DNA of 64,000 nt from Gemmatimonadota bacterium (lineage in GTDB: Bacteria; Gemmatimonadota; Gemmatimonadetes; Gemmatimonadales; GWC2-71-9): the NCBI GenBank assembly GCA_039591655.1, contig JBDHDE010000008.1, positions 1-64,000 on the forward strand, in the 5' to 3' direction. A model generated the notes under the pieces. The model was not told where the DNA came from and ran no database searches. It worked only from the letters and a program-made list of their open reading frames with translations. The translations under genes and the position numbers were made by a program. Numbering within the stretch: position 1 is the first letter of the stretch; every line of letters begins with the position of its first letter. Shown here piece after piece: positions 39,222-47,804 of the stretch.

Positions 39222-40033
39222 CGGGCGGCGAGCACGACCCGGCACTGCTCGAGCTGTTCCAGCGGATCGGGCGGAACTGCGGGCTTGGCTGTGAGGCCTA
39301 CAAGGCCAGCTGTCTGCGCCGGCGCCTTGCCGTGCGGATGCGTGCGTGCGGCGTGGAGACCTACCAGCAGTACGGGGCGGTGCTGGACCAGGACGCCTCC
39401 GAGTATGGGCGCCTGCTGGACGCGCTCACGATCAACGTCACCAAGTTCTACCGTAATGCCGAGACCTGGCAGGTGATCGCCGATACGGTGCTCCCCGAGT
39501 TGTGGGCGCAGCGGCCGGGACATGTGCGGTGCTGGTCGGCCGGATGCGCCTCCGGCGAGGAGGCGTACACGCTGGCCATGCTGCTGCTGGAGCGTGCCCG
39601 GGGCACGGGCGATCTCACCGCGTCGGGTTGCTGGGTGGACGCCACGGATCTCGATCACAGGAGCTTGGCCCGGGCGGCCGATGGGGCATACCGCCCCGAC
39701 GCGTTCGACGAGATGCCGGGAACGCTCATCACCAGGTACGTCAAGGGCGACACGTCCCGCGCGGTGGCCCCCGAGGTGAAGGCCCTGGTGCGGTTTCGGC
39801 GCCACGACCTGCTACGGGATCCCGCGCCGGCTCCGCCGTATGAGCTCATCATTTGCCGCAATGTGGTGATCTACTTCGATCGGCCGACCCAGGATGTGCT
39901 GTTCCAGAGCTTCGTGCAGGCGCTCTCCCCCGGGGGCTATCTGGTCCTGGGCAAGGTCGAGACGTTGGTCGGGCAGGCGCGGGACCGGCTCGTCATCGAG
40001 AACACGCGCGAGCGGATCTATCGGAAGCCATGA
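39218..40033 (+). CDS. cheR: CheR methyltransferase
   Basis: TINVTKFYR, WSAGCASGEEAYTLAM, ICRNVVIYFD. Confidence 0.95.
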   Translation: MTGGEHDPALLELFQRIGRNCGLGCEAYKASCLRRRLAVRMRACGVETYQQYGAVLDQDASEYGRLLDALTINVTKFYRNAETWQVIADTVLPELWAQRPGHVRCWSAGCASGEEAYTLAMLLLERARGTGDLTASGCWVDATDLDHRSLARAADGAYRPDAFDEMPGTLITRYVKGDTSRAVAPEVKALVRFRRHDLLRDPAPAPPYELIICRNVVIYFDRPTQDVLFQSFVQALSPGGYLVLGKVETLVGQARDRLVIENTRERIYRKP

Positions 40034-40524
40034 CACCGGAGAACAACGAGACCATCGTCGGCTTGGGTGAGATCGCCGTGGCGCAGGGGAACGGCAGGCT
40101 TACGGCCCTCGGTCTGGGGAGCTGCGTGGCGGTGATCCTGCACGACCCCGAGGGGAAGATCGGTGCCCTCGCACACGTGCTCCTGCCCACCCAGACCCTC
40201 TCGCGCACGCAGCGCAGCCCCGCCCGGGCGGCGGACACCGCGGTCCCGGCGATCGTCCAGGAGATCAAGCAGCAGGGGGCGGTGCTCCAGCGGACAGTGG
40301 CGAAGCTGGTCGGCGGCAGCACGATGTTCGGCGACCTGCTTCCCACCGGCACGGTCCACATCGGTGAGCGCAACGTGCTGGCATGCCGCTACGCTCTGCG
40401 CCAGGCGGGCATACCGGTAGTAGCGGAGGCCGTGGGAGGGCGGTCCGGCCGGTCGGTGTTCTTCGACGTCGCCTCGGGCACCGTGACTGTGCGGCAGGTC
40501 GGACGGGACCCGCAGGTCGTCTAG
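40030..40524 (+). CDS. cheD: CheD glutamine deamidase
   Basis: GLGSCVAV (catalytic Cys), AHVLLP (His), KLVGG..MF, IGERN. Confidence 0.93.
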   Translation: MTPENNETIVGLGEIAVAQGNGRLTALGLGSCVAVILHDPEGKIGALAHVLLPTQTLSRTQRSPARAADTAVPAIVQEIKQQGAVLQRTVAKLVGGSTMFGDLLPTGTVHIGERNVLACRYALRQAGIPVVAEAVGGRSGRSVFFDVASGTVTVRQVGRDPQVV

Positions 40525-40530
40525 CTGTCG

Positions 40531-41592
40531 GTGACCAAAGCATCAGTCCTCGTTGTCGATGACAGCGCCCTCATGCGGCGCGTGCTTTCAGACATCATCA
40601 ACGAGTCCGAGCGCTACCGCGTCGTGGGGACGGCGCGGGACGGGATCGACGCCGCCGAAAAGGTCCACCGCTTCGATCCCGACGTGGTCACGATGGATAT
40701 CGAGATGCCGCGCCTCGACGGCCTGGGTGCCATCGGGTACATCATGAGCGAGGCGCCCCGGCCCGTCGTTGTGGTGAGTGCCTACGCCGGGCCGGGCACC
40801 GAGGCGGCGATCCGCGCGCTGGAGCTGGGCGCGGTCGAGATCGTCGCCAAGCCGCGGGACCCGAGCGGGCAGGCGCTCCACACCATTGCCCCCGCCCTGG
40901 TGGGTGCACTGGACGCCGCACTGCAGGCCAACCTGACCAGCGTTCCCATGCTCGCCCGGGAACTGCCGCCGCCCGAGCGCCCCCCCGCAACCTGGGTCAA
41001 GGGCCGGGCGCAATTCGCGGTGGCGATCGCGGCCAGCACGGGGGGCCCCCGAGCGCTGGCGGATGTGATCCCGCGACTGACGGCCGGGGCGGAGGCCGCC
41101 GTGGTGGTCGTGCAGCACATGCCACCCCACTTCACCCGGAGTCTCGCCGAGCGGCTCGATGCCGCCAGCATGATCCGCGTGGTCGAGGCGGGCGACGGCA
41201 CGCCGTTGCTGGCCGACACGGCGTACATCGCCCCCGGCGACTACCACATGCGCGTCGAGGCGGGGACCGACGGCCCGGAGGTGCGACTGTCCCAGGATCC
41301 ACCGATCTGGGGCGTCCGCCCCGCCGCGGACCCGCTGTTCAAGTCGGTTGCGCGGCTCTTCGGACGGCGGTCGCTCGGTGTGGTGCTCACCGGCATGGGG
41401 CGGGACGGGGCCGAGGGCCTCCGCGCCATCCGGGACGCCGGAGGAGGGGGCATGGCGCAGGATAAGGACACGGCGGTGATCTTCGGCATGCCCCAGGCCG
41501 CCATCGCGGGGGGCGGTGCGGAGGAGGTGGTGGCGCTGGACCGCATCGCGTCGCGCATAGAGACGCGCGTGAAGGGGCGCGTGGAGACGTGA
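40531..41592 (+). CDS. cheB: CheB methylesterase (REC + esterase)
   Basis: [33 protein letters not shown] triad. Confidence 0.96.
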   Translation: MTKASVLVVDDSALMRRVLSDIINESERYRVVGTARDGIDAAEKVHRFDPDVVTMDIEMPRLDGLGAIGYIMSEAPRPVVVVSAYAGPGTEAAIRALELGAVEIVAKPRDPSGQALHTIAPALVGALDAALQANLTSVPMLARELPPPERPPATWVKGRAQFAVAIAASTGGPRALADVIPRLTAGAEAAVVVVQHMPPHFTRSLAERLDAASMIRVVEAGDGTPLLADTAYIAPGDYHMRVEAGTDGPEVRLSQDPPIWGVRPAADPLFKSVARLFGRRSLGVVLTGMGRDGAEGLRAIRDAGGGGMAQDKDTAVIFGMPQAAIAGGGAEEVVALDRIASRIETRVKGRVET

Positions 41593-42011
41593 AGGGCTAT
41601 CTTTTGATTGAGGCGGGCGGCGCTCGTTACGGCTTGTCGGTGGATGACGTGCGCGAGGTGATCGAGGTGGGGTCGGTACATCCTGCCCCGAGTGCCCACG
41701 CCGCAGTGCTTGGCGTGACCCAGGTTGCCGGCCGCTTCATACCGCTGGTGCACCTCCGGGCGCTCGTCGAGCGGGAAGAGACGTGCGGGGAGCCCGGGAA
41801 GACCGGGGTGGTGGTGCGTTGCGGGGCACAGCGTGTGGTACTGGCGGTGGACGACGCCGACACGGTGATTCGCGAAGCCCCCGAGTCGGTGCCGGAGGGA
41901 TTGGAGCTGCCGTGGGCGGCGGGCGTGGCCCGCTACGAAGGAGACCTGGTTCCCATCGTGGATATGGAGGTCATGGCGGAGCGACTCCTGTCGGTGAGCG
42001 CGGGCGAGTGA
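41589..42011 (+). CDS. cheW: CheW-like protein (copy 2, divergent)
   Basis: YGL.V..VREV, VLGV..V.GR.IPLVHL, LAVD. Confidence 0.75.
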   Translation: MKGYLLIEAGGARYGLSVDDVREVIEVGSVHPAPSAHAAVLGVTQVAGRFIPLVHLRALVEREETCGEPGKTGVVVRCGAQRVVLAVDDADTVIREAPESVPEGLELPWAAGVARYEGDLVPIVDMEVMAERLLSVSAGE

Positions 42012-42012
42012 G

Positions 42013-42540
42013 ATGAGCGCAGGCGACGAGATTCAGTTGGTCACGTTCCGGCTGGGCGGCCAGGACTTTGCGGTGAACCTCTTCCATGTCGAGAGGATCC
42101 TCCGCTATCAGCCTCCGGTGCCCCTCCCGAAGGCGCCCGACTACCTGGAAGGCATGGTCCAATACGGTGATGCCGCCGTCCCGGTGGTGGATCTGCGCAA
42201 GCGCGTGAGCGTGGATGCGCCGGTACGTGACGAGACGCGCATCATGATCCTGGAGCTGGGTCAGGACCGGATCGGTATCGTGGTGGACGCCGTGCTGGAA
42301 GTGCTCAAGGTGCCGGCCGACCGCGTGGCGGCGCCGCCGTCCATCGTCCAGGGATTGGCGGCCAAGTACATCTCCGGGATCGTGTCGCTGGACGGGCGGA
42401 CCATCGTCGTGCTGGCTGCGACCACGCTGCTCTCAGCGAAGGAGCGGCTGGCGCTGGAGCCTCTCACCAAGGCGGCCGAGACCAAGACCACCAAGAAGAA
42501 GAAGGTGAAGAAGGCGGCCAAGGGGGCGGCCGGTGACTGA
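42013..42540 (+). CDS. cheW: CheW (copy 3) with Lys-rich C-terminal tail
   Basis: QLVTFRLG...FAV....VERI, P.APDY.EG, VPVVDLRKR, GIVVDAV.EV. Confidence 0.88.
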   Translation: MSAGDEIQLVTFRLGGQDFAVNLFHVERILRYQPPVPLPKAPDYLEGMVQYGDAAVPVVDLRKRVSVDAPVRDETRIMILELGQDRIGIVVDAVLEVLKVPADRVAAPPSIVQGLAAKYISGIVSLDGRTIVVLAATTLLSAKERLALEPLTKAAETKTTKKKKVKKAAKGAAGD

Positions 42541-43390
42541 TGCGATGATCCCGTCCCTGCGGGGCAGGTATGACGAGATCATGCGCCGCCTTGAGGCGAG
42601 GCCGACGGGGGACGAGAGCGAGCAGATCAAGCGCGACATCATTGGGCTCTTCAAGTCGGTGGATCAGACGATCACCGAACTGAGCACTCTGAAGGAGGAC
42701 ATCCGGGTCCTCGTCGATCGGTACAAACAGCTGGCGCGCAACGAGAGCGGCGATCAGGCGCCGGAGTTCACCGGGGCGGTTCCGGTGATGCAGGACCACC
42801 TCGGAGCGTCGACGTTCATCGAGAAGGGCTGGAGCCTCATCTCTCTCGGGGACTACAACGGGGCGATCCAGGCGCTGACCAAGGCGCTCGGCCTGTCTCC
42901 GGGTGACGTGCAGGCGGAGTCCCTGCTCGGCTGGGCGCAGATGCTGGCCGAGGAGTACGATGCGGCGCTCGGGACCTTCCAGATGGTCCTCACCAAAGAG
43001 CCCGCCAACTCGCTCGCGCGGATCAACGTGGGCTTCATCTGTCTCAAGAAGCGGATCTTCGGCGAGGCCATCGAGCACCTGTCCAAGGCGATTCGCCTCG
43101 ACAACGATCGGAAGGCCACACTCTACGCCCACTACTATCTCGGGCTCGTGTACTTGGAGCGCGAGATGTTCGAGGACGCGCAGACGTTCTTCGAGAAGAC
43201 TCTGAAGCTCGGCCCCAACCTGATCGAGGCGCGCTACGAACTGGGACGGGCGAAGTGGTTCGCCGGTGATCGCGACGGCGCAGGGGAGACGTGGCGGCAG
43301 GGCTATGAGGCGAACAAGTTCAATCCGTGGGGCAAGCGCTGTAGCGAGATGCTCGACCTGGTCGCGCAAGGCCAGGAGCCACCACGCTAG
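42533..43390 (+). CDS. Coiled-coil + TPR protein
   Basis: N-terminal helical hairpin followed by about 5 TPRs; overlaps the cheW stop. Confidence 0.85.
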   Translation: MTDAMIPSLRGRYDEIMRRLEARPTGDESEQIKRDIIGLFKSVDQTITELSTLKEDIRVLVDRYKQLARNESGDQAPEFTGAVPVMQDHLGASTFIEKGWSLISLGDYNGAIQALTKALGLSPGDVQAESLLGWAQMLAEEYDAALGTFQMVLTKEPANSLARINVGFICLKKRIFGEAIEHLSKAIRLDNDRKATLYAHYYLGLVYLEREMFEDAQTFFEKTLKLGPNLIEARYELGRAKWFAGDRDGAGETWRQGYEANKFNPWGKRCSEMLDLVAQGQEPPR

Positions 43391-44247
43391 TCGCGCTCTT
43401 CCTGCTCCTCGCGCAGACCCAGACCCCCGCGGTCGTCCAGGTGGGGCGGGTCACCGCTGTCTACTGGTCGAACGGCGCCACGGCCACTGCGCTGGCCGAG
43501 CTCGCCGATCGCGCCGGGCCGTGGCCCGGTATCCCCGATCCGCCGTCGCGCCCGATCCGGCTAGTGCTCGCCACGAGTGCGACACAGTTCGACTCCCTGA
43601 CCCGCGGCCGCGTGCCGGAGTGGGGAGCGGCTGCCACGTTCCCCGCGACGCGCACCATCGTACTGAAGCTCTCGGCCGATCACCGTCGGGTGTTGCGCCA
43701 CGAGCTCGCCCATCTGGCCCTCCACAGCGTGGTACGGCACGTGCCGCGATGGTTCGACGAGGGGTATGCCGCCCGCGCAGCCGGCGAGTGGGACGAGTTG
43801 GACGCACTGCGGGTCAACTGGGCCGTGCTCCGCGGCGTCGTGCCGACGCTGCACCAGCTGGACCGCCACATTCGCGAGGGTGGAGCACCGGAGGCGGAAG
43901 CGTCGTACGCCCTGGCCGCGACCGCGGTGCGCCTGCTGGAACGGCTCGGCGGGGAGCGCGGCCTGGAGCCCCTCATTGGGGCGCTTCGAGGCACCGCCGA
44001 TTTCGACCTGGCGTTGCGGGCGACCTACCAGATCACGCAAGGGCAGTTCGAGGAGCTGTGGCGTCGCGATCTCCGGAAGCGCTACGGCTGGCTCCTCGCG
44101 TTCAGCTCGTTCACGGTGTTCTGGGCGTTCTTCGGCCTGCTCCTGGCGGCGTTATGGACCCGTCGTCGCCGCCACGATGAGGAACGTCGCCAGCGCCTCG
44201 AGGAGGGGTGGGACGTTCCCGAAGATCAGTGGAACCCGGATGCTTGA
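43384..44247 (+). CDS. Peptidase MA-like (zincin) protein with C-terminal TM; start uncertain (ACG 43384 or GTG 43441)
   Basis: HELAH, PRWFDEG, SY motifs; hydrophobic leader in frame upstream of the first canonical start. Confidence 0.8.
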   Translation, partial: TLVALFLLLAQTQTPAVVQVGRVTAVYWSNGATATALAELADRAGPWPGIPDPPSRPIRLVLATSATQFDSLTRGRVPEWGAAATFPATRTIVLKLSADHRRVLRHELAHLALHSVVRHVPRWFDEGYAARAAGEWDELDALRVNWAVLRGVVPTLHQLDRHIREGGAPEAEASYALAATAVRLLERLGGERGLEPLIGALRGTADFDLALRATYQITQGQFEELWRRDLRKRYGWLLAFSSFTVFWAFFGLLLAALWTRRRRHDEERRQRLEEGWDVPEDQWNPDA

Positions 44248-44272
44248 CGCCCTCGGAACCTGGGATTAGGGT
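44244..44272 (+). promoter_or_regulatory. sigma70 promoter (small ORF / tRNA-Val)
   Basis: TTGACG-N17-TAGGGT. Confidence 0.6.
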
Positions 44273-44280
44273 CAGGGTCT

Positions 44281-44466
44281 ATGTCTATTAGGATGGGATC
44301 GCCCGCTCGGCTGCGCTTTCGCGGCAGGAATTTGGTGCTCCTGGCCGGCGCCGTGGTGTCCCTGGGCGTCGGCTACCTGTTGTTGGCTCAGGGATCGACT
44401 ACGCTGGCACCCATCCTGCTGGTGTTGGGGTACTGCGTGCTCTTTCCACTGGGCTTGGCGCTGTAG
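44281..44466 (+). CDS. Small 2-TM membrane protein (DUF3098-like)
   Basis: F...N..L...........GY.LL.......LAPILLVLGY pattern. Confidence 0.65.
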   Translation: MSIRMGSPARLRFRGRNLVLLAGAVVSLGVGYLLLAQGSTTLAPILLVLGYCVLFPLGLAL

Positions 44467-44479
44467 ACGGCGCCAACGC

Positions 44480-44553
44480 GGGCGAATAGCTCAGGGGTCC
44501 AGAGCGCCTGCCTTACAAGCAGGAAGTCGGGGGTTCGAATCCCTCTTCGCCCA
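44480..44553 (+). tRNA. tRNA-Val(TAC)
   Basis: Acceptor GGGCGAA/TTCGCCC, anticodon arm CCTGC-CTTACAA-GCAGG, T-loop TTCGAAT; CCA not encoded. Confidence 0.96.
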
Positions 44554-44606
44554 TGTGCTGGCGGTCAACGTGCTCGGGCGTGGAGCCCGGGTCCTAGGAT
44601 CGGAGG

Positions 44607-46403
44607 GTGACAGCGGTGCGGCGGACACGACCGATCATAACGACGGTGCTGGCGACGCTGGCAGTGACGACAGCGCTCTCCACTGTGCCCGGTAGCGCCG
44701 ACGCGCAGCTCGCCCGGCGGCGCCCCACCGAGCGAGCGCTCTTCCTGATTCCCAGCCCGGACAGCCAGGACGACTCCCTCTATGCGGTGGAGCTGGCGGA
44801 CCGCGTGCGCAACCGGATGGAGGCGCGGCTTCGGACCCTGATCATCACGATCCCGAGTACCGAGATCTGCCGGGTGCTCGAGGGATCTGGGTTCGAGTGC
44901 AGCGCGCTGCTCAACCCGGCGGACGCCGAGCGGCTCGCCCAGGCGATGCGGGCAGATGCCTACGTGATGGGTGACATGTGGCGGGAGGAGGAAGCCCCGC
45001 TAGCGCGATTCCGCATGGTTGACGTGCGGCGCACCGGGCTGTCGGGGTGGATGACCGTCCAGGGCACTGACGACGCAGCCATGGTGGACTTCGCGGAGAC
45101 GATCATCGACTCGCTGGAGCATCAGCTGGAGGCCGCAGGGTACGCGCGGCAGTGCCTGGAGGAGCGGGACCGCGGGGACTTCACCGACGCCATGGAGCGC
45201 GCCCAGCGGGCCTTCGCGATCTACCCGAACCACCCGTCGGCCGCCATGTGTGCCGAGGTGGTCTCGGAGGTCATGCAGCAGCCGCTGGACAGCCAGATCG
45301 CCGTGCTGGAGCGCGCAGTGCGCGGCGATTCGCTGTTGGCGCGCGGGTGGGAGCGACTGGGTCGGCTTTACCGACAGCGGGGTGACTCCCTGCGCGCCCT
45401 GGCCGCCTTCGCCCAGCAGAGTCGGTCGCGGCCGGCGGACCGCCAGCTACGCAAGGGCGTGGTGGCCGGCGCCATCACCGTGGGGGTCAATGGGCTGGCC
45501 CGGGACCTCGCCGACGAGTGGCTCGCCGTCAATCAGGGTGACCTCGAGATGCTGCAGCTCAAGGCCAGGGCCTGTGTGGAGGGGGCTCTGTGGGATTGCG
45601 CGCTGGATGCCCTGAGCGTGCAGTACGACTTGGACAGCACCCTCGTGGGCGACGCGGTGTTCTACCAGCAGATCATCGGTGCGGCCCAGTCGCTGGGGAA
45701 CACGGAGGCGCAGCTCGAGTGGTCGGGTGAAGCGGTGCGGCAGCTGCCAGAGTCGATCTCGCTGTGGCGCGCCCACGCGAGTGCCCTGGCGAGCGCTGAG
45801 GCCGATACGACCTTGGCGGTCGAGACCCGGCAGGCCATGCTCGACTCGGTGGTGGCCGTCTACGACCTCCTCGTTGAGCGGGACAGCACGGACGTGCGGA
45901 GCGCGCTCTCGGGTGCGACGATCCTGCTCGATGGGCTCGTTATCGATACGGCGGTAACGCTCGACATCGCCCGCCTGCTCAAAGCCGGCGAGTTCCTGGG
46001 CGTCGTCACCGCGGCGAGTCGGGATACCGCGGTGCTGATGAACGTCGCGGTGAAGTACTACGAGGCGGGCCGGGCGCTCGTCCAGACGCAGCAGTTGTTC
46101 ACCGTGGGGGTGGAGTGGCTGGAGCACTCGTTGGAGAACGACGTGCTGGCACGGTTGACGCAGCCGGTCAACTTCTTCCTGGGACTCGGGCTCATGTTCC
46201 GGATCTTCGAGTTCGACCCCCAGGTGACGGCGTCGGAGTCGTGTGAGCTCGTCGAGCAGGAGGCGGAGATGATCGCCCGGGGCAAGCGTGCGATGACCCT
46301 CGGCGCGCAGATTTCGCCCTCAACAGCGAACCAGATTCTGGCGCGCTACCAGAACATGGAGGCGCGCATCCCGAACCTGCGCCGAGCGTACGAGTGTCGC
46401 TAG
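44607..46403 (+). CDS. Hypothetical exported protein (TPR-like helical repeats, Cys pairs)
   Basis: Signal peptide ending ...ADA-Q; helical repeats; GC3-rich frame. Confidence 0.8.
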   Translation: MTAVRRTRPIITTVLATLAVTTALSTVPGSADAQLARRRPTERALFLIPSPDSQDDSLYAVELADRVRNRMEARLRTLIITIPSTEICRVLEGSGFECSALLNPADAERLAQAMRADAYVMGDMWREEEAPLARFRMVDVRRTGLSGWMTVQGTDDAAMVDFAETIIDSLEHQLEAAGYARQCLEERDRGDFTDAMERAQRAFAIYPNHPSAAMCAEVVSEVMQQPLDSQIAVLERAVRGDSLLARGWERLGRLYRQRGDSLRALAAFAQQSRSRPADRQLRKGVVAGAITVGVNGLARDLADEWLAVNQGDLEMLQLKARACVEGALWDCALDALSVQYDLDSTLVGDAVFYQQIIGAAQSLGNTEAQLEWSGEAVRQLPESISLWRAHASALASAEADTTLAVETRQAMLDSVVAVYDLLVERDSTDVRSALSGATILLDGLVIDTAVTLDIARLLKAGEFLGVVTAASRDTAVLMNVAVKYYEAGRALVQTQQLFTVGVEWLEHSLENDVLARLTQPVNFFLGLGLMFRIFEFDPQVTASESCELVEQEAEMIARGKRAMTLGAQISPSTANQILARYQNMEARIPNLRRAYECR

Positions 46404-46410
46404 GAGGCGC

Positions 46411-46439
46411 TTGAATTCGAGCCTCGACCGGTCTACATT
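46411..46439 (+). promoter_or_regulatory. sigma70 promoter of tRNA-Asp
   Basis: TTGAAT-N17-TACATT, 18 bp upstream of the tRNA. Confidence 0.7.
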
Positions 46440-46457
46440 GCCACGCTGTCGCGGTTC

Positions 46458-46532
46458 GGGGCTGTAGCTCAGTTTGGTTAGAGTGCCGGTCTGTCACACC
46501 GGAGGCCGCGGGTTCAAGTCCCGTCAGCCCCG
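46458..46532 (+). tRNA. tRNA-Asp(GTC)
   Basis: Acceptor GGGGCTG/CAGCCCC, anticodon arm CCGGT-CTGTCAC-ACCGG, T-loop TTCAAGT; CCA not encoded. Confidence 0.96.
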
Positions 46533-46562
46533 CTTGCACCATGGAAACTCCAGTTCGAACCC

Positions 46563-46597
46563 GGCCCCGCGCGCTCCGCTCGCGGGGCCTTCGCTTT
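46563..46597 (+). terminator. Hairpin after tRNA-Asp (weak terminator)
   Basis: GGCCCCGCG-N9-CGCGGGGCC followed by TTCGCTTT. Confidence 0.55.
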
Positions 46598-46611
46598 GCG
46601 ACCCCCGCAGG

Positions 46612-47520
46612 ATGATGGAACGGCACGCCCCGGTCCTGGCCGACGCCGTAGCCGTGCTGGCCGGCGGCTGTTCCCGGGCGGTGGACGGCACCGTGGGGAG
46701 CGGGGGGCACGCAGCCCATCTGCGGGAGGCCGGCGCGCAGGTGCTGGCGGTGGACCGGGACGGCGACGCCCTGCAGCGCGCTCGGGCACATCTCGGCGAC
46801 GACCGCATGCGCTGGATTCATGGGCGGTTTGGGGATCCGGAGGTGCTGGCGGAAATCGCGGGGTTCAATCCCGACCTGGTGCTCCTGGACCTGGGCGTCT
46901 CGTCGGAGCAACTGGACGGCGACGCACGGGGCTTCTCTTTCCGGCCCGGGATTCCCCTCGACATGCGGATGGACGCGGTGGGTCGGACCGCGGCCGAGTT
47001 ACTGAATCGGATTCCGGAGGCGGAGCTCACCAGCCTGTTCAAGGAGTACGGCGACGAGCGGCGGGCGCGCCGCCTCGCCGCCGAGGTGGTGCGACGCCGC
47101 GGCCGCCGGCCGTTCGCCACCAGCGACGATCTCGTGAACGCCATCCGCGCTGTGCACGGCTCGCGGGCCGGGCCGGCGGTGTTCGCGCGGTTGTTCCAGG
47201 CCGTGCGGATCGCCGTCAACGACGAGCTGGAGCACTTGCGTGGCGCGTTGCCGGCCCTACGGGAAGCCCTCACCGAGGGAGGACGGCTCGCCGTGATCAG
47301 CTATCATTCGGGGGAGGACCGGATCGTGAAACGGCTCTTCCAGGAATGGGCTCGACATTGCGTCTGTCCCCCGCGGCAGCCTGTGTGCACCTGCCGGGGT
47401 CGCGCGCTCGGGGTGATCGAAACCCGCAAGCCCATCGTACCCGACGCGGCCGAGGTCGAGGCGAACCCCCGCGCCCGCAGCGCCAAGCTGCGGATCTTCC
47501 GTGTCGATGGCAGCGCGTAG
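46612..47520 (+). CDS. rsmH: 16S rRNA m4C1402 methyltransferase
   Basis: HAPVL, DGTVGSGGH, DLGVSS.QLD...RGFSF, LDMRMD, ISYHSGEDR, NPRARSAKLR. Confidence 0.95.
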   Translation: MMERHAPVLADAVAVLAGGCSRAVDGTVGSGGHAAHLREAGAQVLAVDRDGDALQRARAHLGDDRMRWIHGRFGDPEVLAEIAGFNPDLVLLDLGVSSEQLDGDARGFSFRPGIPLDMRMDAVGRTAAELLNRIPEAELTSLFKEYGDERRARRLAAEVVRRRGRRPFATSDDLVNAIRAVHGSRAGPAVFARLFQAVRIAVNDELEHLRGALPALREALTEGGRLAVISYHSGEDRIVKRLFQEWARHCVCPPRQPVCTCRGRALGVIETRKPIVPDAAEVEANPRARSAKLRIFRVDGSA

Positions 47521-47800
47521 AGGCCGCGTCTGGGTGACGCTGTGGCTGCTCTTCGTGCTGGCCATGCTGGTGTGGGTGGTGGCGCGTCAGACCTCCGCGG
47601 TGGTCGCAGCCACCGAGCTGGAGGAGTTGCAGCGGCGGCGGTCGCTGTTGGAGGCGGAGCGGGCCGATCTGTTGCGGCGCATCCGGCGCGCCGAGAGCCA
47701 TGCAGTGCTGGTTCCCAGGGCGGAGTCGCTGGGCCTGCGCATGCCGGTGGATTCCGAGATCGTGCACCTGCCGGGACCCGGCGGGGAAGGGGGGCGCTAG
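47507..47800 (+). CDS. ftsL: Cell division protein FtsL-like
   Basis: Short basic N-terminus, single TM, leucine-zipper coil, A..LGLRMP; position between rsmH and ftsI. Confidence 0.75.
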   Translation: MAARRGRVWVTLWLLFVLAMLVWVVARQTSAVVAATELEELQRRRSLLEAERADLLRRIRRAESHAVLVPRAESLGLRMPVDSEIVHLPGPGGEGGR

Positions 47801-47804
47801 ACCG

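Noticed and set aside
44480..46532. Genomic island integrated at tRNA-Val or tRNA-Asp
   Set aside because: No integrase, no duplicated tRNA 3' end seen, and composition like the flanks.
46548..46577. tRNA fragment (GTTCGAACCC) after tRNA-Asp
   Set aside because: The T-stem does not pair properly and does not match either tRNA; it overlaps the terminator-like hairpin.
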